DNA of 63,282 nt, the filler included, from Craspedostauros australis (Eukaryota): assembly GCA_030167865.1 (NCBI GenBank). It is 5 parts of 5 records of this genome, joined end to end, with 100 filler letters (N's around TTAATTAATTAA, not from the genome) between each part and the next. Parts side by side here need not be neighbours in the genome. Positions count along the whole stretch, not along the records: positions 1 to 24,555 come from JALAGF010006353.1; 4 more parts are not named here. One strand, written 5' to 3'. Below the pieces are notes generated by a model that saw only the letters and a list, made by a program, of their open reading frames with translations, searched no databases and had not been told where the DNA came from. Below are positions 9,380 through 19,500 of the stretch, piece after piece. A program made the translations under genes and the position numbers. How positions within the stretch are numbered: the first letter of the stretch is position 1; each line of letters opens with the position of its first letter.

Positions 9380-12300
9380 TCATACTCTGTCAAAGACCCA
9401 AGTGGTGTACCCAGGTCTCTGGTTGTAGTCGGTGCCGCTCTTCTTGCCACCACAGGCCTGTTTGATGATGGATTTGAGGCGCTTCCATGCTGACTTGTTG
9501 TCCTGCTGCGCGATGTTCACAGCCTGCTGGATGAAGTTCTGCCGCGCTCCGTCGCTCATCGTATCGAAGTAGCGGCCCGCCAGCAACGACGGGCGGGCGT
9601 GGGCGGCATCCACACGGAATTGCACCCTCATGGACATGTCGTAAATCGTGCCGAAGGTTGCCGTGTCCCGGGCCAACGCCTGAAAGAAGGCGGCGTACAC
9701 GAATGGAATGTACTCGACAGCCCAAGGCGGGAGCCCGCCCTGTGCTGCCCGAAACAAGGCGCCACCGATGATCGCAAGGCCCTGCATTCTTGGATCTTGT
9801 TGGGCGCCGTCGCCTTCCATTGGTTGGATGGGCACCTTTTCCATCATTGCGAGAGCAACGTGCTCCATCATGCCACCGTTGCCGCTGATCAAGAAGAAGT
9901 TATCGAGGAATTCCATCAATGCCAAGGTCTGTGGACCATCCATGCTCATGCCAGGGTCGTTCTGGCGGTCCTTCTGCAGCTTCCCCAAAGATGGGTAGAG
10001 CAGGAGGCAGACACAAGATACCAGCGAATTGACGAGCAGGCCTTGGATACTGTCCATGTTCACATCCCAATGCAGCTCACGCACCGCAGCGCAGATGCGG
10101 GTCATAATTGTGATCCATGTCTCCAGAATATGCGGCCGCGGATCTTCAAAAGATCCTTTGGCAGTGGGACTTGGACATGGCGACAGCACCACCGATAGGA
10201 CAGCCTCCTGAACTTGCGTTAGGAGATGGAATGTGGTGGATGTTGCGGATTGAGGGCTCCTCGTCCTCGCCGCGCGGTCAATGATTTCGTACGAAGCACG
10301 AAGCAAGAGCCCGGAAGGTATGGATTCGCCGGACACAACCTCTTCATGGAACAGTATGCTTGAAGATGCCGGTCCCTGTCCGCACTGGAAGGTGATTGCG
10401 TAGCATTCTGCCTGGATCAAGCTGACGGTGGACTGGGCGAATGCAGCCGGAATCGCGGTATCCTGCAGGCATTGCACCAGCGTGAATGAAGCTGCACGTA
10501 CTCGGTTCCACTGTTGCAGCTCCTCAAGGGAGAGCTGACGAGCATTGCCAACAAGGCTCTTGAAACCCAGTTGGACTGCGTTGTGCAGCACTTCCAAGCA
10601 GCGATGCGGCAGCTCATTCTGAGGTGCCTGCAGTTGAAACACGTCGCGGAGCTTCGCTGGTGTGAACGAAGCGAGGTCAAGTGCGCACTCTGCAATGTCG
10701 CACAGCTGAACAATCGTGAAGTCGTTCTGTTCGTTGTGACAAGCTGCAATCGATGTCAGGCATTCGTTCAGGATGCTATCTGTGACGCCGACCAAGGGCT
10801 GTGCGTTGCCATGCTGGCGGGCCAGTTCCATGTCGCAGATGACGCCCAACAAGATGCGCCTTGATTTGGGGAACACGCCCCGTCCATGAAACACGCCATA
10901 ACCGCGGTTCTTCTCGACCTGCTTCAAGTCGACATACAGCCGAGACAGCTCGTGGACGAAGTTGCCGTCGCTGAGCCTTGACATGAATTGCAGCAGCGCC
11001 TTGCTTTCCTTGACGAAACGCATCAGCACCAAGCAGCCCACATGATCCTCGCCTCCTGGGCTGCGCATGGCTCCTCTGATGTCGTATCGCGTGCTGGAAA
11101 GGGTTGACGGAGCAACCAGCTCGGGTAATTTGGAAAGCGAGACTGCTGCTGCGCGGACTACAATTTGTACGGTGTTGGCGATGCTGTCGTTGCCATCCGT
11201 CGATGTGACGAGGTTGTGAAGCATTGGGGTCATGGATCCCATCGCTAGGTTGTACAGGCGGCTGGTCGGGAGCACGGCTTGCATTGGTGCATTAGCAGCG
11301 AACAGGGACAGCAACCGTTGACCGATGGTAGCCGCAATGCTCAGCGCCGTTTGGATGATGTGCTGTACCTGGCCGTTAAATTCGCTCCCAAACACCAGAG
11401 ACAGCTGCTGCTGCTGCTGACCTGTCATGACCATCTTCGTGAGCTGATTCAATGGCTTGGCCAATGCGGAGAAGGCATGCAATGCAGGTTCGTCGATCGC
11501 GTCATGCTGAGCATTCAAAATTGCAACAGAGCACACTTGCATGATCTGCGATATGATGGCCAGAGCAACGTTTGCTCGCAGAACGATGCTCTCTGTCTCA
11601 TCGCCGCTGTTGCTGATGTTGTTCATGCCTGGCGGTAGCGCAATGACGGCCCGCAGAACGTCGCGGACTTCGTTGCGTTCTATTTCCAGCGAATCTTCGT
11701 TGTCAATCGTGAGATCATCGAAGTAGCGCGGCGGATACGCGCATTTGCGCGCCAAAGTCATCGTTAACGTGGAGAAGCATTTGCATAGTGCGTCCATGAA
11801 CTCTGGACGCAGCAATTGCGGGGAACTGCCTGGTTTGGACAATTGTTCAACGACGGCGGCATGCAAGGAGTAGAGGATCTCCATGGCAAAGGCGCGCACG
11901 CTGCGACAGTTGGAATTGCAAATGGAGCCAACTGCGGATGCGACGGCATCGAACAGCGGTTGTGCGCTGTGTGGTGGGTTCGGCTCTGCCAAACGCCGAA
12001 ACAATGCCGGGAGCGCAGCGTTGGCGGCTGCTGCCATGCATCCGACGGGGCTTTCACCGAAGGATTCGCCGTCGTCAGCCACGGATCCAAGTTCGTGTTG
12101 GAAGAGCGCGTTGAGTGGCTCCCAAACTTGCGCCAGCAGCTCGCACGCAGCATCGCAACGATATCGCACTTCAGTTTGCGCCATCGTCATGATGGAATCG
12201 GTGGTGCGCTCCCTAAGAACCGCTTGCTGTCGCTTCTTGGCTCGGCTGGATGTTCGCCTTTTGTTCGGTTGCGACGATGATTCCTGGGACTGGATCAGAG

Positions 12301-13597
12301 ATGCCGATAGAACTTTCTCCAATGACCACGTCCCTCCCTCGAAGACGGCGATCATGAATGCGATCGAAGCTCTCGTGGCGGCCGGATGCTTCTGCGCTAC
12401 TTCCAATTGCAGCGCACTCGACAGCACGAGCACGCACTGACGGATAACGTCGAGTGGGATGGATGCATACTTTGCCCATTGTTGCAGGGTGGTCAACGTG
12501 AGCACGAACAAGTCCGACTGGGAGTACGCCATCTGATCGGTGGCAGATGACAGCACGGCCTGCGCCACCAACTCGACGCCCTGCGCTCTGAGCTCGGTGT
12601 TGATTGCCTGAAAACAGCGCGAATCTACGGACAGCCGACCAAGGGCACCGCTGCTTCCACCCTCGCTGCCCGCGAGCAGAGCGTCGGGTATGGCGGACAG
12701 ACACGCGTGCTTGGCCTGCATTGCTATTTGATTGAGCTCCTGCGGATTGTGCACCGCAACATGGGATTTGGAGCATGCCAACGACTGCGTGCTGGAGAGC
12801 ATTTGAAGGATCATGGAGATGATGGGCTGGTCCGTGCTTGGCTGCGGGATCGATATCGGTGAATACCGCAACCTCGCAGCGAGGACGGCAAGCACGGATC
12901 CCAATGTTGCCGTTAGCGGTCGGATGGACGCGGTCGTTTTGCTGTTGTGATGCGAAGCGATGGTCAAGAATTGCACAGTCGATAAAACGATCATGGACAT
13001 GTTGCCCTTGACGGCGCCTTCGGTCGTTTCAGAAGCGTTGTAGGTGTACTGCGCGAAGATATCGGCGAAGATGGGATGAAATGAGCACAGCCAGTGTTGG
13101 TAGAGCGGTCCCATCTGTTCAGAAGGGAATTGAAGCGGGTGGATGCCCTGCTGTTCGATTTCCACGTCGATGGCCTCCTCCAACTTCAACCGTCTCGTCC
13201 GATGGACAAGGGTCTGTGCAGCAAACAAGGCCTCTGCATAATGAACCTGCTGGGTCGATGAATCTCCCGACATGAAATCGCAAAGCAACCGTATGCAAGC
13301 CAACCATGTGGAACCGACATCAGCGGGATCGTGTGGACATATGTGTTGCTGCTGTTGCTGCTGATGATGATGTGATTCTGCTTGGGTAGCCGTATCTCGT
13401 TGGCGCTTGACCTGAGAAGAGAGCTTGCGGCGGATGTTCCTGCTCTGAAATGACATCAGGTAGTCATGCGCTTGCTTCGGTGTCGGTCGGTTGCCATTTT
13501 GGAATGACGCATCGACATGAGGCAGCGAGTACAGACAACCCAAGGCCAACCTCAAGTCAGACCAGCGGGCCGGCATGGCCTGCTGCTGCTGCTGCAT
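9380..13597 (-). CDS. Large helical (HEAT/ARM-like) protein, probably importin-13/transportin-3-like
   Basis: 1405-aa ORF with helical Leu/Ala-rich composition. N-terminal LYSLP...KQAHDYLMSFQ...STW...LFAAQTLV resembles the importin-beta N-terminal domain of TNPO3/IPO13. Confidence 0.6.
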   Translation of the reverse strand: MQQQQQAMPARWSDLRLALGCLYSLPHVDASFQNGNRPTPKQAHDYLMSFQSRNIRRKLSSQVKRQRDTATQAESHHHQQQQQQHICPHDPADVGSTWLACIRLLCDFMSGDSSTQQVHYAEALFAAQTLVHRTRRLKLEEAIDVEIEQQGIHPLQFPSEQMGPLYQHWLCSFHPIFADIFAQYTYNASETTEGAVKGNMSMIVLSTVQFLTIASHHNSKTTASIRPLTATLGSVLAVLAARLRYSPISIPQPSTDQPIISMILQMLSSTQSLACSKSHVAVHNPQELNQIAMQAKHACLSAIPDALLAGSEGGSSGALGRLSVDSRCFQAINTELRAQGVELVAQAVLSSATDQMAYSQSDLFVLTLTTLQQWAKYASIPLDVIRQCVLVLSSALQLEVAQKHPAATRASIAFMIAVFEGGTWSLEKVLSASLIQSQESSSQPNKRRTSSRAKKRQQAVLRERTTDSIMTMAQTEVRYRCDAACELLAQVWEPLNALFQHELGSVADDGESFGESPVGCMAAAANAALPALFRRLAEPNPPHSAQPLFDAVASAVGSICNSNCRSVRAFAMEILYSLHAAVVEQLSKPGSSPQLLRPEFMDALCKCFSTLTMTLARKCAYPPRYFDDLTIDNEDSLEIERNEVRDVLRAVIALPPGMNNISNSGDETESIVLRANVALAIISQIMQVCSVAILNAQHDAIDEPALHAFSALAKPLNQLTKMVMTGQQQQQLSLVFGSEFNGQVQHIIQTALSIAATIGQRLLSLFAANAPMQAVLPTSRLYNLAMGSMTPMLHNLVTSTDGNDSIANTVQIVVRAAAVSLSKLPELVAPSTLSSTRYDIRGAMRSPGGEDHVGCLVLMRFVKESKALLQFMSRLSDGNFVHELSRLYVDLKQVEKNRGYGVFHGRGVFPKSRRILLGVICDMELARQHGNAQPLVGVTDSILNECLTSIAACHNEQNDFTIVQLCDIAECALDLASFTPAKLRDVFQLQAPQNELPHRCLEVLHNAVQLGFKSLVGNARQLSLEELQQWNRVRAASFTLVQCLQDTAIPAAFAQSTVSLIQAECYAITFQCGQGPASSSILFHEEVVSGESIPSGLLLRASYEIIDRAARTRSPQSATSTTFHLLTQVQEAVLSVVLSPCPSPTAKGSFEDPRPHILETWITIMTRICAAVRELHWDVNMDSIQGLLVNSLVSCVCLLLYPSLGKLQKDRQNDPGMSMDGPQTLALMEFLDNFFLISGNGGMMEHVALAMMEKVPIQPMEGDGAQQDPRMQGLAIIGGALFRAAQGGLPPWAVEYIPFVYAAFFQALARDTATFGTIYDMSMRVQFRVDAAHARPSLLAGRYFDTMSDGARQNFIQQAVNIAQQDNKSAWKRLKSIIKQACGGKKSGTDYNQRPGYTTWVFDRV

Positions 13598-14153
13598 TTT
13601 ATCCTATCGATCAACACTCAACGACACTATGGGTGGTGCCTGTTGGATGGTTGGGTGCGGCAGATTCAAGGCCGGCTATCGATGTGATTCGGGAGAAGAC
13701 GCACAAGTTTGTGAAGTGGATTGTGGGTACGCAAATCATCCAACGATGGTGCTGAGATGTGAGATTTTCGTGTTTCATTTTCTTTCCCGAAAAAAAAAAA
13801 AACATCGATTGGCCACAAACAAGACGCACCGAATCTGTTGATGCGCTCTCTCTAGACTTCCCTCGATGACTAGATCGTATCCGGAAGGCGATATTGCATA
13901 CCCTAATCTAGAGAGATAGAGATAGAAGCATGTACTATGAGAGATACATGCCCCAATCGAGGCCAGTAGCCCTGCCGTAGAATAAATGCGTATTTGCCAC
14001 TCTCGTTGGTGGAGTTGCATTGTTAACCGATTCTGAGGTACTCTGGAACTTGGTTAAGTTCGTCGTTGCAAACCTACTGCACTGCTGGCTATTCTGTACC
14101 TACGATCTACGTCATGCTGTACCCTGTCGCGTTGCTTCTCTCTCTCTCTCTCT

Positions 14154-14903
14154 TTAGGCACCTCGGAAACGCTCCAATTGAACATCGAACAAGAGGGCAC
14201 CGTCGCGTCTTGAATTCTTCACGACCGAGTCCAGCGCGCGTTGGTCGTTCGCGTTCATTGGCCTGGGCTCCAATTCCTGCGATTTGGTGGTGTATCCCAG
14301 CTCTTGTGGCACGATGATGCGACGAATGCCGCCCTTCTTCATGCCCACGAGGCCCTGCTCGAGCCCGGGCACGGCCTGGCCCTTGCCGAGGTCGATAATC
14401 AAGGGAAGTGCGCCGAAGCCATCGGGGTTATTGTTCTTGGTGTTGTAGAAGATGATGCCGTTGAGGTTCAGCAAGCGGCCGGAGCATTGGATGTTGACCC
14501 GCGCCGAATCGGGCTGGATCATCGCGTCTCCCGTGCCTTCCTTGATGTCCTTGATCTTCACGCCGCTGGGGAGCGTCACGAACGGCGCTTGGCCGTCTGG
14601 AGCAGGTGCCTGCGTCCCCACGTTCTTGAATTCTTCCGGTTTCGATGCGTCGGCCGCGTTGGCGCGTAGAGTCGGAGGTGCCTGCCAACCTGTGATGCCT
14701 GCGATTGCAACAGAAAGCGCCGCTCCAACGAAGCTGCGTCGGGGGAGTTGTTGGTGTGGAGTGGTTGTCGCACGATCAACCATTTTAAGGTTGCCGGCGC
14801 CTGTGTTCCAAGCACAGGCCTGCATCGCGCAAGCGCTTGCGAGTAGCATCAACATCAATGATGTATTCCATCTGGTGGAAGACAATCGCGCATCAAACAT
14901 CAT
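14154..14903 (-). CDS. FKBP-type peptidyl-prolyl isomerase, predicted thylakoid lumen
   Basis: FKBP motifs GVKIKDIKEGTG, LGKGQAVPGLEQGLVGMKKGGIRRIIVPQELGY, LLFDVQL. Signal peptide ending ACA-W, then twin-arginine RRSFVGAAL and an ANA-A cleavage site. Start chosen at MMFDARL (14903). Confidence 0.88.
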   Translation of the reverse strand: MMFDARLSSTRWNTSLMLMLLASACAMQACAWNTGAGNLKMVDRATTTPHQQLPRRSFVGAALSVAIAGITGWQAPPTLRANAADASKPEEFKNVGTQAPAPDGQAPFVTLPSGVKIKDIKEGTGDAMIQPDSARVNIQCSGRLLNLNGIIFYNTKNNNPDGFGALPLIIDLGKGQAVPGLEQGLVGMKKGGIRRIIVPQELGYTTKSQELEPRPMNANDQRALDSVVKNSRRDGALLFDVQLERFRGA

Positions 14904-15355
14904 GTCCTGACTGGTGGTTGTGGTTGCAGTTGCAGCTACAGTTGCAGTTGTTGTAGTGATGTCACAGCGTGGATTGCAAGTGTGGACGATCGGATGGTTG
15001 GATGGTTGGATGGCTGAATCTGCCATGATGTGAGTGACGCACACCGATCAACGATCTTGTTTCTGAAGATCGAGCCACCAACGGCAACAATTTGGCGCCA
15101 GTTGACTCAACCGAACGAAACCAGTTTCGAAAGCACTCACGAGCTCTGCGTTGTCTTGTTGTTGGAGGCAACCACCCCAAACGCGAACAAGTCCACAACA
15201 GAACACAAGAACGTCCACGAAGGCCATACGATCATACCATACTGCATTGAGTATAGTAGAATAGATCGTATTCGTAGAGAGAGAGATGGAGCAATCTCCT
15301 GTCAACAGACGCACGCAACACAAATACAAACACAGCAGAGACAAAACAACACAAA

Positions 15356-15784
15356 ATGCCAGCTGACGACTACGAATACGTGTCGTACAAAGGCCCACGA
15401 ACGATCGTCGCGGAGACGGTCTACTGCTTCTTGCGTGGCAGCTTGTACGGCGCGGCCTTTGGTTTGGTCACGCCCTTCCATGCACCTGGATCGCCAGGGG
15501 CGCTGAAGGAGCTGCAGACGGGGAGATTCACACCGGCGCCTGTGTTCGGGTCGCTACGCTCGGTGCCCTCGAACGCCATCGTCTTTGGCTCGTTGCTCGC
15601 ATCGCAACGATTCGGTTCCAAGACGTGCGAGTGGATGCGGGGGCAGCAGGATTGGTGGAACGAAGCTGCGGGGTGCCTCGTGGCGTATCCGTACTACCAG
15701 TTCTGCTTGGTCCGCAATCTGCGAACGCACAATCGAGTTGTGGGGACTATCCTGGCTTGTAGCCTCGTCTACGCCAATCTGTGA
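15356..15784 (+). CDS. Tim17/Tim22/Tim23-family membrane protein
   Basis: 142 aa. GSLYGAAFG helix, NAIVFGSLL, and MRGQQDWWNEAAG matching the family RxKxDxWN motif. Confidence 0.75.
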   Translation: MPADDYEYVSYKGPRTIVAETVYCFLRGSLYGAAFGLVTPFHAPGSPGALKELQTGRFTPAPVFGSLRSVPSNAIVFGSLLASQRFGSKTCEWMRGQQDWWNEAAGCLVAYPYYQFCLVRNLRTHNRVVGTILACSLVYANL

Positions 15785-16554
15785 CGATGGTCTTGCGTTC
15801 CGCCGGCCCCGTGATGGGCCTGCATAGATACAACTCTTTGTGGTAGGGGATTATCCACCACGGGTGACTAGCAAGTCTTAGCGACTCAACTCTACGGATA
15901 CTCTTTGCTGCTCGTCCTTGCTGGTCGAGGATCGCAGTTGCGCATCCCTGCGATGCTTCGTCATCATTCCGATCGCTGGTCTAACTGCACGTACTGCTCA
16001 AATGGCGAGGAGCATTGCGCAACCCAAGGATCAGCCATGCCTGTTGGACATCATGTGTACGGACAGCAGTCGAACAGGCGGGGCACGACCGACCGGCCCG
16101 TGTAGACACTCGACATACGCGTTCGTGTGCGCAACACTCTCATTAGAGTACACACTCGTCTAGTACCATATCATGAGTAGTATGAAGGTGCTGGACAATT
16201 GATTCGCAAGGCACATTTCATAACATCATAGTGTTTACAACGTGTTATGAACACAAAAACGTCGGTATCACTTTTCGAAGCAGCTTGAGAGTGTCATACC
16301 CGGTGCAACAAAACACTGTGACGTGGACCACAGTGGAATCGCATGAAGTCATGTCACAGCCGGTCGAGATAGAGCGAGGCGTCGGCTGCCGATTGCGACT
16401 GACACATCTTCCAAATTGTATACAGTTGCTCAAATGGTCATCATGCACCACCGTGCCCGCAAAGAAGAGTACAGCTCACCATAGAGCAGACTGGTTCGTC
16501 TACTCGTCTGTTCCACAAAGTGCCCATCGTCGTGATGTTGCGAAATACTGACAT

Positions 16555-19500
16555 TCAACCTTCCGGCGAGCTGTCGCCGTCGGCGGGTGGCTCTTGTTTG
16601 TGGTGCACGGCTTGGCGTTTCAGCTCCCATTCTCGCTGGAGCTGTTCAAGACGACGATTCTGTTCAATCTCTTCTTGTTGGATCCGTTTCTCGAATTCAA
16701 CGCGGTCCTTCTGGTGCTTCTCCACGCTCTTCTTGTGCTGTGCCTCTCTTTGGGACTGGGTGCGTTGCAGATTGTCCATGCGATTGTCGAAGACCTTCTT
16801 GGTCCTCATCATCATCTTTTTCATCTCAGCATCTAACCGTTTCAGTTCTGCAACATCCTCCGTCGCCATACCATCGTAGTTGACACTGGCGCGCCTCAGT
16901 TCAGCAGCCGCTGCGTTTGCGCTTATCGTGTTCTCGCTTTCGTGGCTGGGCGCTGGTTGGCCACCACCAACTGCTTGCGTCTTATTGGCTGAATTTGCCA
17001 TGCCGGCGCCATTCCTTCCTGGTTGCGGTGGACGATGCTGCGCAGGCACGGTGGTGTGTACCTGACTTGCTGGCTCCACGCGAGAGCCAGCAGGGCCGTT
17101 GGCTTTGGGGGCACGTTGCATTGGAGTTCCCGACGTCCCGTTCAACAAGGCGTCTCGTGCAGAGTTTGATGGGTTTTGAGACATCAAGCCTTCCCCATTC
17201 AATGGCACGCTCGATGAGGATTGGAGTGATGGCAGCGGTTGCTGCTGCTTCTGCTGCAAGGGCACCTGTTGATGGACCATGCTCTGGTTGTTCTTGGCTA
17301 AGTGAGGAGCATGCTGCTGCGATGGTGCTGCTGAGTTTGCAAGAGGCTGCGTGTTCGGCTGTTGCCGCACTCCCCCCATTTGGGGTTGGGTTCGCACATG
17401 CTGCTGCGGTGGATGCTGCTGTGGTGGACTGGGGTACTCGCCGTTGGGCGGTTGCGCCGCCACAGAAGGAGTGGCTGCGCCCTGGCCCGCAGTTTGCTGG
17501 GCATACACTGTAGGGCCAGCATGGGCACGGTGCAAGTTGGCGTCGATGTCACCATTGAGTTGCGGTGCTTGAGGAGAGGGTTGCTGCTGTGGCTGCTGCT
17601 GCTGGGAGATAGGGGGCCCTGTCATGGTCTGTGATTGCGACTGCAGCTGTTGATGGGCCTGCGCCTGCGCCTGTGGCTGTTTGTGCTGTGGAGCAGCTGC
17701 CATTCGCGGCGCATACTGATTCGGTGCTGGTTGAGTCTGGCTTGGTTGGTTCTGTCCCATGGATTGAGGTTGATGTTGGATCTGTGAGGCCATCATCTGA
17801 GGTTGATGTTGTTGCTGCTGCTGTTGTTGGTGTTGTTGATGGGGTGGATGACGGTGATGAGGGTGTTGCTGCTGGGCTGATTGCAAGGTATGTCCGTTGT
17901 GATGATTTTGATCGAGTGATTTGCCGAGCTGTGGGTCTGCTTGATGCTGTCTTGGCGCATTGAGCGACGTTGGCAGCTGTTGTGGCTGCGTCTGGGTCTG
18001 CGGCTGCATGCGCTGAGTTTGCACTGAGGTTAACTGTGTTGTGTGCAATCCATTGGAGTGTTGTGCGTTGTGCTGTTGGTGAGATGGTGGTAGCGGCGGC
18101 AGTGATGGTGGTTGATGTTGCTGCTGCTGCTGCTGCTGCAATGCTGGCTGATCAATCGATGGAGATCCTTGGGTTTGCATCTCCAGCTGCGTTTGCGCAT
18201 TTGGCTGACGCTGCTGCTGCTGCTGCTGCGGCTGCATTCCTCCTGACTGTTGCCTTGGACGTGATTGCAATGGTTGCATTGGGGGAGGCGCTTGGACTGA
18301 AGATGATGGAATGCTTCTGTAATCTTGGATGGACTGGTGGGAGACGGACGGGGTCATGCCCTGGGTTGGGAATTCCGGAAGGCTCCCTGTGTGCTGATGC
18401 ATCACGGCTCCGGGCTGCAGTGGGGGCAGCTGTTGCTGTTGCTGCTGCGGTTGGGGAGGAAGAGGAGGTGGCATCTGAACTTGTTGCTGTTGCGGCTGGT
18501 GATGATCTTGCGGCGGCGCCAGTGGCGCTGGCAAGGGTTGGCGTTGGTTTACTGGTTGAGATCCGTTGGTGGGAGCGTTGCCAACACTGTTCGTGCCAAC
18601 GTACGTTTGTTGGGGTGCTTCCGAGACCCTTACTGGCTGCTGCTGCTGCTGCGGCTGTGGTTGTACTTGGACCTGCGGCTGCAATGGAGGCTGCGTGGAT
18701 TGTTGTTGCTGTTGTTGCTGCTGTTGTTGCTGCTGTTGTTGCTGCTGTTGTTGCTGCTGTTGTTGCTGCTGTTGTTGCTGCTCGTTTTGCCGTGTCTGGT
18801 ATCTGTCTTGTGCCATTCTCGCGCTGCAGGCGAGTGCACTGATCGTCTCGCTGATTTCCAGGACGGCATCTTGCGGGATGCCAAGCTCTGTCACCATTTC
18901 CTTGGCGACCTTGACGGGATCGTCTGTTACAAGATGAAACTCAAATTGGACATTCTGCGTTTGGCCGTCAACGGGTAACGTGATGACGAGCTTCAAGATG
19001 CCATCGGCGTAGGGCCGCGACTCGGCATGTTCGTGCTCCAGGACGACAGCAGCGACCAGATATTGGAGTTGAGAGGGTTGGTCGCCTGCGGCCTGGCCAT
19101 CTTTCGTTTGGGTTTGAAGTGGTGCCGCTTCGGCCCTGTTGATGATGTCAGGGGCACCTGCCCTTGGGATCACGTTGCTTGGCGCCGCGGATGCAGCTGC
19201 AGATGCCTGTCCTTGTATGACCGTCGAATTCGCTGTCGAGGCCACGGTGTCGTCTCTTGCGCGAGAATGATCCTGCTGCACTTGTCCTTCTTGGCTTACC
19301 GTCTGAATGCCTGTGGCCTGTACCATCCTACTGCCATTGTTTGGTGCAGCTGAAGTGAGAGCTGCACTGGCGGTCGTAGAATTGAGGCTCGTGCCAGCGC
19401 TTACGGTTCCACCGTTGCCTGCCAGAGCACCAACATCCTTCGCTTGGCTGACGTTGGCGCTTGTGATCGGCCTTGTTGTGGCGTGACCGTCACTGACACC